Below, in pieces: positions 1-8,297 of a stretch of 64,000 bases of DNA (positions are counted from its first letter, which is position 1; the number at the start of each line of letters is the position of its first letter). The stretch is from sequence record NZ_CP104306.1; one strand, given 5' to 3'. The position numbers were made by a program, and so were the translations under genes. This DNA comes from a plasmid. The notes below the pieces were generated by a model. It saw nothing but the letters and a program-made list of their open reading frames with translations, did no database searches and had not been told where the DNA came from.

Positions 1-122
1 TTGACAAGTAAATTAGTTTTTCGATCTTAGACCATTAGGGCATACCCTATTGGCCGTTTTTATTTCTGCGCTATACTAGAAATTACAAATGTTCATTAGA
101 TTGTCCGAAAGGATAATTGGAA

Positions 123-191
123 ATGTCTAAAATCGGTTATGCGCGTGTGAGTTCCAAGGAGCAACATTTAGATCGACAGTTAGCGGCTTTA
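123..191 (+). pseudogene. Serine recombinase (resolvase) N-terminal remnant, truncated at the IS5-family left end
   Basis: MSKIGYARVSSKEQHLDRQLAAL matches the resolvase catalytic N-terminus (cf. the intact paralog at 48085, MAKIGYARVSTRDQNLARQ). Similarity is lost where the IS inverted repeat begins near 190. RBS AAAGGA precedes the ATG at 123. Confidence 0.5.
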
Positions 192-253
192 AGAACCTGT
201 CTAGTATCTGCTGAATCTGGTAGAATTGTGGAAAACCGACTGAGGAGTTTGTC

Positions 254-574
254 ATGCCAGATTATCCAAGCAATATTTCTCGAGCGCAATTTGCGTTAAT
301 ACAACCTGATTTAGAAAACTTCCGCAAGCATACAAGACCGCGTCGTTATGATCTTTATGACGTATTCAATGCCATTCTTTACTCGCTTACTACAGGGTGT
401 CAATGGCGTGAATTACCGCACGATTTCCCGGAATGGCACACTGTCTACCGCTATTACGATATGTGGCGAGATAAACCAGACCCGACAGCTGATTCGCTAT
501 TAGAAAGGCTTTTAAAAAAACTGTTGCTTCCTATCGCTTTGCATAGGGCCGATCGGCCCGAACGTCGTTTGTGA
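254..574 (+). CDS. IS5-family transposase OrfA (N-terminal DNA-binding part)
   Basis: The [24 protein letters not shown] motif is typical of the IS5 transposase N-terminus. Its TGA stop overlaps the orfB GTG start (GTGA). Confidence 0.7.
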   Translation: MPDYPSNISRAQFALIQPDLENFRKHTRPRRYDLYDVFNAILYSLTTGCQWRELPHDFPEWHTVYRYYDMWRDKPDPTADSLLERLLKKLLLPIALHRADRPERRL

Positions 575-1041
575 TTGTTGATGCTCAAAGTGTTAAAACC
601 ACTGATTTAACGAAAAATAGTGGCTACGATGGCGGCAAAAAGATTTCAGGGATTAAGCGTCATATGGCGGTTGATATTAATGGTTTACCACAAGCCATTC
701 TCGTGACACGAGCTAATGTATCAGATCGTTCAGGTGCATTGGCTATGTTTAGTTTGGCTAGCCAAAATTTAGAGCTGGTTCAGTATGTCATGGTTGATGG
801 TGGCTACACTGGCAATGACTTTGCGGATCAGGTGAAGCTCATTTTGAATGCTAAGACGACGGTAGCTAAACGCAACGAGTTGCATATGTTCACGGTGTTA
901 CCGCAACGATGGATCGTTGAACGTTCATGGAGTTGGCTAGACAAATGTCGGCGACTTTGGAAAAACTGTGAACGCGCCCTTAACAGCAGTCTTCAAATGG
1001 TTGTATTGGCCTTCCTGAAGATAGTTCTTAAAAGATACTAG
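571..1041 (+). CDS. IS5-family transposase OrfB (DDE catalytic part)
   Basis: DDE-type motifs ([10 protein letters not shown] ... [10 protein letters not shown] ... [10 protein letters not shown]). GTG start overlaps the orfA stop. Confidence 0.75.
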   Translation: MIVDAQSVKTTDLTKNSGYDGGKKISGIKRHMAVDINGLPQAILVTRANVSDRSGALAMFSLASQNLELVQYVMVDGGYTGNDFADQVKLILNAKTTVAKRNELHMFTVLPQRWIVERSWSWLDKCRRLWKNCERALNSSLQMVVLAFLKIVLKRY

Positions 1042-1147
1042 ACAGGTTCTAAGATGCGGATGATAAACGATGGATCATCATTGGTTCTTTAATGTTAAGC
1101 CTGATCTTTTTGTGGTTGTGGGCTGTTCTTCCGTGAATATCCTAGTC

Positions 1148-1205
1148 ATTGATCCAGCGAATACAGTCAGCGTGATGTTCACCGCGAAAGTATACTTTAC
1201 CAGAA
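1148..1205 (+). repeat. 58-bp direct repeat copy A (54/58 identical to 4090..4147)
   Basis: attgatccagcgaatacagtcagcgtgatgttcaccgcgaaagtatactttaccagaa. On the minus strand it encodes SGKVYFRGEHHADCIRWIND*, a remnant of a paralog of the gene at 3991..4350. Weaker homology continues to about 1048. Confidence 0.7.
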
Positions 1206-1210
1206 GTCAA

Positions 1211-2425
1211 CTACCACAGCACATATTCGGATTGACGATCACGGACGAGTTCTACAAAGTCGCTAACCTTCATGATCTTTGCCTTGTATTCTGGCGGATA
1301 ACTCGCAAGGTATTCTTTTGGCACAATAAGTTGCACATTTTCTGATTCCATCTCTCGTAGCTGGTTCTTCGAGATACCCTGTTGCAGCGTTAATAAGTAC
1401 TTTGGGCTGTTTTTAAGTCGATCGGCTTCTGTGATGACTTGGCGCCACCGGTCCTTACATGTTGTCTTCACGGCCAGCGAGGTTAAACCTGCCACTGGAA
1501 ACGAGCTAAGCTTATATTTCTCGATAGATGGAAAGATGAAGTCAGGTTTCTTGTGCTCTTCAGTGATAGCCTGTGGTGTGTAGTGTACTTGGTTTCCGTC
1601 TAGGATCGCCGCCACATGCGATTCAAATCCTTTGCCGGCACGACTCTTACGGCGGTTTAGAATACTGTTAGCCACTGCAACAAAGTCCTCGACATTATTA
1701 AAACCTTTATTCATCACATCGCAATATCTGATTTGCTCCACGAACTTGAATAGCAAGTACTCCACGTTGGTCCAACTAACGATCTTACTGTCAGGATCCT
1801 TAGTGATGCGTTCTGTATGATCCAGCACGCGTTCTTCAATCTGCCTAGCCGTCTGCGACATCTGAGTGGTTGTTGGGAAATCACCAACGCTTTGCATCAA
1901 CTCCAGTGCGGCCTGCTGTAAGGCGTCTTGCAACTGTTCTTCCAGCGATTTGTTCTTGGTGATATGATCCGCTCCGATGATGCTGTTTGTCTGAGTTGAA
2001 TCAATACCGACGCCGGCCAAAAAATCCGTGATGGTGTCATCAGTATCGAAACGATAAACGGTCAGTTTATATGGTTGGTGCGCTACGAGTACAAAAAGTG
2101 AACCAGTATATTCGGGTAATATGAATTGATCGCCACGGCCCCAGCCAGTGATCCGCATCTCAGTCTTTGAGGGGTAGTAAATCACCGTCAGCTCGCGGAC
2201 ATCCTCTTGGTCTCCTTGTACAACTACTTCGACCTTACGCCGAATTGGCGCACCCGTCTTTGGGCGGTCGCCTTCAAAAAAAACACCAAACATGACGTTT
2301 CCTAGCAGAATGCCACTTTGGTGTGCCTTCGTCTCGCCACTATCATTGGCGGACATAAACTTGGTGTATGCGATCGGATGCGACTGTACGTCAACTACAG
2401 CTTGATTACAGAGTTCGGTTGCCAT
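1211..2425 (-). CDS. Type IIE restriction endonuclease, EcoRII family (404 aa)
   Basis: N-terminal FMSANDSGETKAHQSGILL resembles the EcoRII B3-like effector domain (RLSANDTGATGGHQVGLYI). C-terminal PD...(D/E)XK core is KPDFIFPSIEKYK. Length equals EcoRII. It lies 3 bp downstream of the C5-methyltransferase on the same strand. Confidence 0.8.
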   Translation of the reverse strand: MATELCNQAVVDVQSHPIAYTKFMSANDSGETKAHQSGILLGNVMFGVFFEGDRPKTGAPIRRKVEVVVQGDQEDVRELTVIYYPSKTEMRITGWGRGDQFILPEYTGSLFVLVAHQPYKLTVYRFDTDDTITDFLAGVGIDSTQTNSIIGADHITKNKSLEEQLQDALQQAALELMQSVGDFPTTTQMSQTARQIEERVLDHTERITKDPDSKIVSWTNVEYLLFKFVEQIRYCDVMNKGFNNVEDFVAVANSILNRRKSRAGKGFESHVAAILDGNQVHYTPQAITEEHKKPDFIFPSIEKYKLSSFPVAGLTSLAVKTTCKDRWRQVITEADRLKNSPKYLLTLQQGISKNQLREMESENVQLIVPKEYLASYPPEYKAKIMKVSDFVELVRDRQSEYVLW

Positions 2426-2428
2426 CGA

Positions 2429-3577
2429 CTACGCCTCTTTCATCAATAACTCAACGTCTTGTTGCTTACCCATATCCAGTTCGATTAACTTGCTCTGAAC
2501 CAACCGAGCTGCCTCAGTCATAATTGGCACTGCCACCGAGTTCCCGAATTGCTTATAGGCCTGCGTGTTGGAGACAGGAATTTTGAAGCTATCTGGGAAA
2601 CCCTGCAGCCGGGCGCATTCGCGCGGCGTTAAGCGGCGTGGGTTTTTTCCCGGTTGTGGAATAAGAATCTCACTGCCATCCTTGTAGTAGCGGGCAGACA
2701 GCGTCCGAGTGTGACTATCTAAGTCTGCCATACCATAGCCAAATCCGTTGCCGGCTTTACGGTGCTTTTCGGCATAGGCTTGGAGATAATTCCACAGCTT
2801 ATCACTTAGAGTGTACTTATCATCGACTTTGGGCTCAAGAATCTCGCGCAGCACCGGTTTGTGTACTGGCTTCTTCAAGTTGAACTCGAAGTCAACATAG
2901 CCGTAACGCCGGCGATCAAAGCCGACAATCACAATTCGTTCGCGATGTTGTGGTACGAAATCCTGTGCATCCAGAATGGCATAGTGCACATCGTAATCTA
3001 GTTCGTTGAGGCTTTCCATGATAATTTTGAATGTCCGGCCCTTGTCATGACTCTTAAGGTTTTTTACGTTCTCAAGAAAGATCGCTTTAGGCCGTTTTGC
3101 CTTGATGACCCGGCAAACATCAAAAAACAATGTGCCCTGCGTCTTATCTTGGAAGCCAGTGGCGCGGCCCATACTGTTTTTCTTTGATACGCCCGCAATG
3201 CTAAACGGCTGGCACGGGAAGCCAGCCACAAGAATATCGTGATCTGGAATCGACTTCTCATCAACTTTTGTGATATCGTCATCCGGCTGCACACCAAAAT
3301 TAGCGAGATACGTCTGCTGGCTATACTTGTTCCATTCATTCGAGTAAACAGATTGCGAGCCATTATTCTCAAATGCTAACCGTAGTCCACCGATCCCGGC
3401 GAACAGATCGATAAACGTGTAACCTGATTTGTTCTGTTTCATCGTATCGACCTTCCCGACGTACTTACACAACGCCATGGTCATGCTCTGCTGCAGCGTC
3501 TGCCCAGAGGCAACGGCTTTATCAACGAGCTTTTCATAGACGTCATCATCGACACGAAAATGCACTTGTTTAGTCAT
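2429..3577 (-). CDS. DNA cytosine-5 methyltransferase with an N-terminal ribbon-helix-helix-like extension
   Basis: Motifs FIDLFAGIGG (I), GFPCQPFS (IV), ENVKNL (VI) and QFGNSVAVP (X). The start is set at ATG 3575-3577, preceded by GGAGG. The six-frame ORF extends to 3646 without an RBS. The N-terminal VHFRVDDDVYEKLVDKAVASGQTLQQSMTMAL has a beta-strand, helix, helix (RHH) pattern. Confidence 0.85.
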   Translation of the reverse strand: MTKQVHFRVDDDVYEKLVDKAVASGQTLQQSMTMALCKYVGKVDTMKQNKSGYTFIDLFAGIGGLRLAFENNGSQSVYSNEWNKYSQQTYLANFGVQPDDDITKVDEKSIPDHDILVAGFPCQPFSIAGVSKKNSMGRATGFQDKTQGTLFFDVCRVIKAKRPKAIFLENVKNLKSHDKGRTFKIIMESLNELDYDVHYAILDAQDFVPQHRERIVIVGFDRRRYGYVDFEFNLKKPVHKPVLREILEPKVDDKYTLSDKLWNYLQAYAEKHRKAGNGFGYGMADLDSHTRTLSARYYKDGSEILIPQPGKNPRRLTPRECARLQGFPDSFKIPVSNTQAYKQFGNSVAVPIMTEAARLVQSKLIELDMGKQQDVELLMKEA

Positions 3578-3651
3578 TCTATACCTCCAGGGATTTCTTG
3601 GTACCTTATTATTCCCCATAATACGGCAATGACTAAAGAATGTCACGGTAA

Positions 3652-3960
3652 TTATTTCGCATACTGATTGATCTTATTCGGCCGAAAGCCAGACCAATAC
3701 TCAATCAAACGGCCTTCGTCATCGACGATCTTGACGAGTGGCAGTTGTTGAATGTGATATTTGGCCTTCAAACGCTCGACTTTATGCTGACTCCACTCAC
3801 GTTTACGCTGATCTTCTGCGCTTACATCAATGGAATTGCTTTTATCAGCATTGCCATAATAAGTATTCTGATACGGGTAACCCAGGCGATCAAACCACTT
3901 AGTTGTCATTTTACAAGCAGGGCAGTTCGGTTTGGTGTACAAAACAGCATGTGTTTTCAT
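3652..3960 (-). CDS. NrdH-like glutaredoxin-like redoxin (CPAC active site, with an internal insertion)
   Basis: N-terminal LYTKPNCPACK and C-terminal EYWSGFRPNKI match the NrdH signature WSGFRPD. Confidence 0.6.
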   Translation of the reverse strand: MKTHAVLYTKPNCPACKMTTKWFDRLGYPYQNTYYGNADKSNSIDVSAEDQRKREWSQHKVERLKAKYHIQQLPLVKIVDDEGRLIEYWSGFRPNKINQYAK

Positions 3961-3990
3961 TAATTTGATCTTCCTTTCCTTTTACCCTTG

Positions 3991-4350
3991 TTATGAGGGG
4001 GCAGGTAATCGCTGAATCAACATAGGTTCATCTATATCTAAATAAGTTTTTCGACTTGTGTGTAAGGTGTCACCAGTGCGTACCTGTGTATTGATCCAGC
4101 GAGTACAGTCCGCGTGATGTTCACCACGAAAGTAGACTTTACCAGAATTAAAGCCAACGACGGCGAATTTAGGCTGTACACAAGCAGCCGCCAATTTTTT
4201 AAGGTTAGAATCCGAAATGCTTTCCTCAGAGTTTAGCAAACGTCGCACAGTACGATCATTTATTTTAGATTGTCTGGCAAATTCTGGGTTGCTCAGATTG
4301 TTCTTATTGATGTAGTTCTGAACCATTTTACGAACAGAATCACGATCCAT
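3991..4350 (-). CDS. HTH (XRE-like) DNA-binding protein
   Basis: N-terminal LSNPEFARQSKINDRTVRRLLN is an HTH. The 3' half of the gene carries repeat copy B (4090..4147). Confidence 0.5.
   Translation of the reverse strand: MDRDSVRKMVQNYINKNNLSNPEFARQSKINDRTVRRLLNSEESISDSNLKKLAAACVQPKFAVVGFNSGKVYFRGEHHADCTRWINTQVRTGDTLHTSRKTYLDIDEPMLIQRLPAPS
4090..4147 (+). repeat. 58-bp direct repeat copy B (partner of 1148..1205)
   Basis: attgatccagcgagtacagtccgcgtgatgttcaccacgaaagtagactttaccagaa. Same orientation as copy A; together they bracket the restriction-modification cassette and the nrdH-like gene. Confidence 0.7.
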
Positions 4351-4823
4351 TAAATCAGACTCCTTCTATTGTAATAAACCATTGTTGCAGTTAATTGTAA
4401 CCCCGTACTTGCGTATTGATGGATGATGCATGAGACATATATGCCAAAAAGACTGTAGAGCTTAGTCCCATCAAGATAATCAAAGACAAAACCCAGCGTG
4501 TTCTTAATTTTATATGGAAGTCCTTTCTAATACATAGTGGTGGCCTTGCTGAGCAAATAACGCTCAGTAAGGCTTAGTTTGCGTAGGGACGGCGGGCCCT
4601 AGGCCGACCCGCACGCCCCGGCAACGCCTTGTCGTTTCCGGATAGGTAACTGTCAAGTCAAGTCTGTACCTAAACCCGATTGGTTGCCAGTTGTCGGCTA
4701 TCGTGCAGATCATGTAAGACTTGTGCATAAAGCTTGTGGCTACCGCCACGCGGGCAAGCCCGCAGGTGCCCTTTCTACTGCCAGTTTTTGCCTGGCTTTG
4801 ATTCCGCATTCAACCAGCAACAA

Positions 4824-4853
4824 AGCTGCTAAGGAACAAGTTCCTAAGCAGCT
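4824..4853. other. 30-bp near-perfect palindrome inside a GC-rich non-coding stretch (4560..4960)
   Basis: AGCTGCTAAGGAAC AAG TTCCTAAGCAGCT gives a 13-bp stem with one mismatch. No adjacent T-run on either strand, so it is not a canonical terminator. Another hairpin, GCGGGC AA GCCCGC, lies at 4750-4763. Confidence 0.4.
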
Positions 4854-5015
4854 CTAGCAGAAAAAACAAGGGCCGGGCAAAATTTTGTTCCGCAAAGAAC
4901 ACTCCACAAATTTTTGCCACTTTCGCTACGCTCACCCTTGCGTTTTCTGCCGTAGCTGGTGTGCCTGTTACATCAAAGGCGGCTTCAAAAACCGCCGGTA
5001 GAAAGGGTGTCAGCA

Positions 5016-5462
5016 ATGGAGAAATTACCATTTTACCTGCCAATGATTGAAGACGATGAGGAGAGTGTTTTTGCCAGTTGGCCAAATGGGCAAAGAACCC
5101 ACAATAAATTGAGTGAAGGGTTATACTCGTACATTCAAGAAATTGCTTTTAAAAGTCAAACGACCAGTCAAATTGAGAGAGACCGCTACGGTAACCAACG
5201 CCTAGCCTTTTATGCCAACGGTTGCGAAACACCTTATTACGTTACCGAAGACTTCCTATTTACGCCTAATCAAGCTCACGATGCAAAGAAGCTGTTAGTG
5301 ACAGCACTCATGCTAGGTGATAGCAAGCTGACAGCGGTTGTATCTGACCAGTTACTAGCTCAACTTTCTCCGAAGACACGAGCATTTGCAAAATATCAGC
5401 TCATCAACCAACCAGCGCAACAGTTTATGGATGAACACATCAGCATTCAGGTTATCAAATAG
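5016..5462 (+). CDS. Hypothetical protein (148 aa), first gene of a five-gene small-ORF operon
   Basis: ATG at 5016 is preceded by GAAAGGGTG. The ORF tracked from 4959 starts inside the GC-rich region without an RBS. Confidence 0.5.
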   Translation: MEKLPFYLPMIEDDEESVFASWPNGQRTHNKLSEGLYSYIQEIAFKSQTTSQIERDRYGNQRLAFYANGCETPYYVTEDFLFTPNQAHDAKKLLVTALMLGDSKLTAVVSDQLLAQLSPKTRAFAKYQLINQPAQQFMDEHISIQVIK

Positions 5463-5471
5463 GAGGCTACC

Positions 5472-5762
5472 ATGATTGATATTAGAAATACCTACAAACC
5501 TAATGTTCTGGAAGCTTGGATAAAGGAAACGAGAGAAGCCGGTAACTATGTGAGCGCCGAACTTATCCAGTTGCACGATGACCCACAACTAGGTAATGCC
5601 CTTGTGCTTGGCTTTCGCTTTGCTAAAACACCACGAGCACTTGTTGATGAAAACATAGTATTCAGCTTCACTCACGAAACTAGCGGCCCAGTTTTTTGGC
5701 AGTTGGTCGGTGTGGCGGAAGCGTACGCTAATGATTTCAATGAAGAACTAGCATTTGCATAA
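5472..5762 (+). CDS. Hypothetical protein (96 aa)
   Basis: RBS AGGAGG lies 6 nt upstream. Tightly spaced after the previous gene. Confidence 0.5.
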   Translation: MIDIRNTYKPNVLEAWIKETREAGNYVSAELIQLHDDPQLGNALVLGFRFAKTPRALVDENIVFSFTHETSGPVFWQLVGVAEAYANDFNEELAFA

Positions 5763-5775
5763 AGGAGTGTAAACA

Positions 5776-6225
5776 ATGACAAAAGGAAAGCTCTATCAAG
5801 TCAGCATTGACGAAATCGAATATCAACCGCACTTTATTATGGTTTACGCCAGTGAAGACGCTAAGGACAAAGACCTACAGCGGCTCGCAACAAACTTTAT
5901 TTTGAGTCAAAATCCAGAATTGCCAGAAAGTGCATTAGTCGATAGCGTCATTGTTGAACCACGTGACCCGAACGAGAAACCAGACGTTGTGGCCGAGGGA
6001 CTGCATGTCCCAACGCCTGCGTGGGGTGTCAAAATGGGCTTACTTTACGCACAGGCGGTTCACCATGCTACTTGCGATGACGATGAGTTTGATGAGGTGG
6101 CTTACGTTCGGGGCGAAACAAAGGCGAAACGATTTGAAACCGAGGCCGCCGCAAAAGAATTTGCTAAATGGCTCAACCCGAATTGTGAAGTTGTTCCACT
6201 GGAAGAAGGTGACGACCATGATTGA
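5776..6225 (+). CDS. Hypothetical acidic protein (149 aa, D/E-rich C-terminus EEGDDHD)
   Basis: RBS AAGGAG precedes the start. Net-acidic composition. Confidence 0.55.
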   Translation: MTKGKLYQVSIDEIEYQPHFIMVYASEDAKDKDLQRLATNFILSQNPELPESALVDSVIVEPRDPNEKPDVVAEGLHVPTPAWGVKMGLLYAQAVHHATCDDDEFDEVAYVRGETKAKRFETEAAAKEFAKWLNPNCEVVPLEEGDDHD

Positions 6226-6361
6226 CCACCAACAAGCACAAGTCGCATGGAGTGAAGTCATTGAGGAACTGGACAGCGATACCTTTAATCGCTTGCGTCA
6301 CGCGTTAGAACTCGTTGATGCTTATATTCGGCAAGGAACAGAAATCGAAAGAGGTCTTTAA
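6218..6361 (+). CDS. Hypothetical small protein (47 aa), translationally coupled (ATGATTGA overlap)
   Basis: ATG 6218 overlaps the upstream TGA stop. GAAGAAGG lies upstream. The tracked longer ORF from 5951 overlaps the previous gene and is rejected. Confidence 0.35.
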   Translation: MIDHQQAQVAWSEVIEELDSDTFNRLRHALELVDAYIRQGTEIERGL

Positions 6362-6363
6362 CC

Positions 6364-6753
6364 GTGAAAACTGCCTACGACGAAGTTGTGAAACAGCCAT
6401 GTGACAAACTCGCCCAGACCATGCAGGACATGACTTATTGTTACAACGAGACTGTGGTACCTAAGAAGCACTACAAGAAACTTCTGACGAAGCAACTTGA
6501 AGAGGTCGTGGCTGACAGCGTGGCTGTGAATATGGTCAATGCCTACTACAAAACACTTGCTGAATTCAACAAAGGTAATCGAGAGTGGTTCGTACTTGCT
6601 ATCTTGTGCATTGAATTAGGAGTTAAGCCTGACAAAGCCAGTGCGCAAGAATTAAGCGCCCTGCAGATGATTTCTAGCAACATTACTGGTAACCAAGCAC
6701 CGCTACTCAATCCAAACATCAAGAATGCCTTTGAAGGTGCTATCAAGGCTTAA
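6364..6753 (+). CDS. Hypothetical protein (129 aa), last gene of the operon
   Basis: GTG start with GAAAGAGG upstream. Followed by several hairpins. Confidence 0.5.
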   Translation: MKTAYDEVVKQPCDKLAQTMQDMTYCYNETVVPKKHYKKLLTKQLEEVVADSVAVNMVNAYYKTLAEFNKGNREWFVLAILCIELGVKPDKASAQELSALQMISSNITGNQAPLLNPNIKNAFEGAIKA

Positions 6754-6789
6754 AGAGTGCAAGCGCAATCTAGTCAGATTGTGCTTTTT

Positions 6790-6916
6790 CTGTTATAATG
6801 AGAATACAAACAGGGAGCACCCCCATAAGAGTGCTCCCCTAGCAGAGCCGTTTAAGACGGCGGTAACTATTAGGTTAAATAACCGTCAGCTAGCCAAAGC
6901 GAAGACGGTTATTTTT
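6790..6916 (+). ncRNA. Candidate small RNA: extended -10 promoter followed by three hairpins, the last with a T-run
   Basis: TGtTATAAT at 6790-6798. Hairpins GGGAGCAC..GTGCTCCC (6813-6838), GCCGT ttaag ACGGC, and AACCGTC..GACGGTT followed by ATTTTTC at about 6880-6916. The tracked 69-aa ORF here is unconvincing. Confidence 0.25.
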
Positions 6917-6955
6917 CTACCATTAGTCAAGTAAAACGTTGATTGCATAGGATTT

Positions 6956-6991
6956 CATATACAGGCTAAGCTTGTATATGAGGTCTTTTTT
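6956..6991 (+). terminator. Rho-independent terminator
   Basis: CATATACA ggctaagctt TGTATATG stem followed by a TCTTTTTT run. Confidence 0.5.
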
Positions 6992-7091
6992 CAGTTGATT
7001 TGTGGAAAGCAATGCTTTGAAGGTAAACTAAATAAACCTCTTGAAACGTTAATTTTCCAAGATGCTATACTGTCTTCATAGGCTGTATGAG

Positions 7092-8297
7092 TTACTGTCT
7101 TGGTTGAGACACAGTTGGCTCATAAACTTCATTGTGCAAAACTAGGTGGAAGATCATTCTATTTAGACGACTCATAACCGCGACCGCAATCTTCTTGGTT
7201 CCCTTAGACTGAGAGGATTGCTTTTTCATTTGGTAGAAGTCGTTAAAGCGTGTCGGTCGATATGAGGACGCACTGATAATATTAATGACTGTACGGTACA
7301 AGACCTTTCTTGCCAAAGGGTTCCCACGTTTTCGGATACGCTGTTCGGCCGTATAGTCCCCAGATTGGTAAGTGGTTAAATCAATACCAATATACGCGTT
7401 AATGGCATTGGCACTATGAAATCGCCGAATATCGCCTAATTCCGCGATAATACACAACGCTGATTTAAGCGCAATCCCAGGAATTGTCGTTAAAATTGCA
7501 ACCTCAGGCAAGTTTGTACCAATTTTAGCCATCTCCTCAATTAAAGATTTTTTTGAGCGGTCGAGACGTTCAACTTCATATGCTAACTCGGTAACTCGCT
7601 TAAGCGCGTATGAATCAATATCTACTGCTGGCCCTGAACTTTTGGCCAACTCCAGGAGATGTTCAGCTAAATGCTGAGCCCGTTTAGGGCCCATATTCTT
7701 TGAAGTAGCTTTCAATATAATTGACGTTAATTCGGTGGAACTATGTTGTAACACCAGATATGGGTGTGGAAATATCTGGACAATGTGCCAGTATAAGGCC
7801 CCCTCAGTCCTACTTAGAAAATGTTCTATTTCCGGGAAAGTAAGCTGTAATTCATGATGAAGGCGATTCTTATTACGCACGACGTCGTCGTTGTGCTCTT
7901 GATAGATTCGATGTAGATCACGTAATTCTGTGTATTCAGGCTTTTCTTGAAACGATGGTGCAAAATTGTTTCTGGACATCGCTTCTGCCAGACCAACAGC
8001 GTCAACCGAATCTGTTTTGACAATTCTAAAACTGTCCATTACTTTCTTAGCTTTTAGGGGATTTATCTCAGTATACAGCCAACCGTTACGATGAAAAAAT
8101 GCGCGCCACGGTCGTGAGTAGATTCCTGTTGATTCAAATATAATCTTTGGTTCCCTAAAGCTGTTTAACTCATCTTCGAGTCGCTCAAACCCTTCACGAT
8201 TGCTTGATAGCTTAAATTCTTTGATAACTTGTCTATCAATCAAAACGGCCACATTAGCTGTGTGTTTACTGATATCAATACCAAATATGCATTCCAT
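7092..8297 (-). CDS. IS110-family transposase (DEDD recombinase)
   Basis: N-terminal MECIFGIDISKHTANVAV (RuvC-like) and C-terminal HSANAINAYIGIDLTTYQSG are typical of IS110. The start is chosen at ATG 8295-8297, preceded by AAAGGTGG. The tracked ORF extends to 8351. Confidence 0.85.
   Translation of the reverse strand: MECIFGIDISKHTANVAVLIDRQVIKEFKLSSNREGFERLEDELNSFREPKIIFESTGIYSRPWRAFFHRNGWLYTEINPLKAKKVMDSFRIVKTDSVDAVGLAEAMSRNNFAPSFQEKPEYTELRDLHRIYQEHNDDVVRNKNRLHHELQLTFPEIEHFLSRTEGALYWHIVQIFPHPYLVLQHSSTELTSIILKATSKNMGPKRAQHLAEHLLELAKSSGPAVDIDSYALKRVTELAYEVERLDRSKKSLIEEMAKIGTNLPEVAILTTIPGIALKSALCIIAELGDIRRFHSANAINAYIGIDLTTYQSGDYTAEQRIRKRGNPLARKVLYRTVINIISASSYRPTRFNDFYQMKKQSSQSKGTKKIAVAVMSRLNRMIFHLVLHNEVYEPTVSQPRQ

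Larger units (their letters stand above)
189..1053 (+). mobile_element. IS5-family insertion sequence (about 865 bp) with two ORFs
   Basis: Imperfect terminal inverted repeats TTAAGAACCTGTCTAGTA (189-206) and TACTAGACAGGTTCTAAG (1036-1053). It encodes OrfA and OrfB with IS5/IS427-group transposase similarity. Confidence 0.65.

Noticed and set aside
511-574. Possible programmed -1 frameshift at the A7 run (514-520) fusing IS5 OrfA and OrfB
   Set aside because: The OrfB frame has a TAG stop at 544-546 between the A-run and the OrfB start. The OrfA TGA stop overlaps the OrfB GTG start (GTGA), so translational coupling is more likely than a frameshift fusion.
1070-1345. Plus-strand 91-aa ORF
   Set aside because: It overlaps the 3' end of the restriction endonuclease gene and the decayed gene remnant. 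No RBS, and the composition is that of an antisense artifact.
3064-3372. 102-aa minus-strand ORF inside the methyltransferase gene
   Set aside because: It is an alternative frame of a well-supported MTase CDS and is Arg/Ser-rich.
4564-5085. Two minus-strand ORFs (81 and 91 aa) in the GC-rich block
   Set aside because: No RBS. Gly/Arg/Pro-rich composition driven by GC-rich hairpin sequence. They conflict with the start of the downstream operon.
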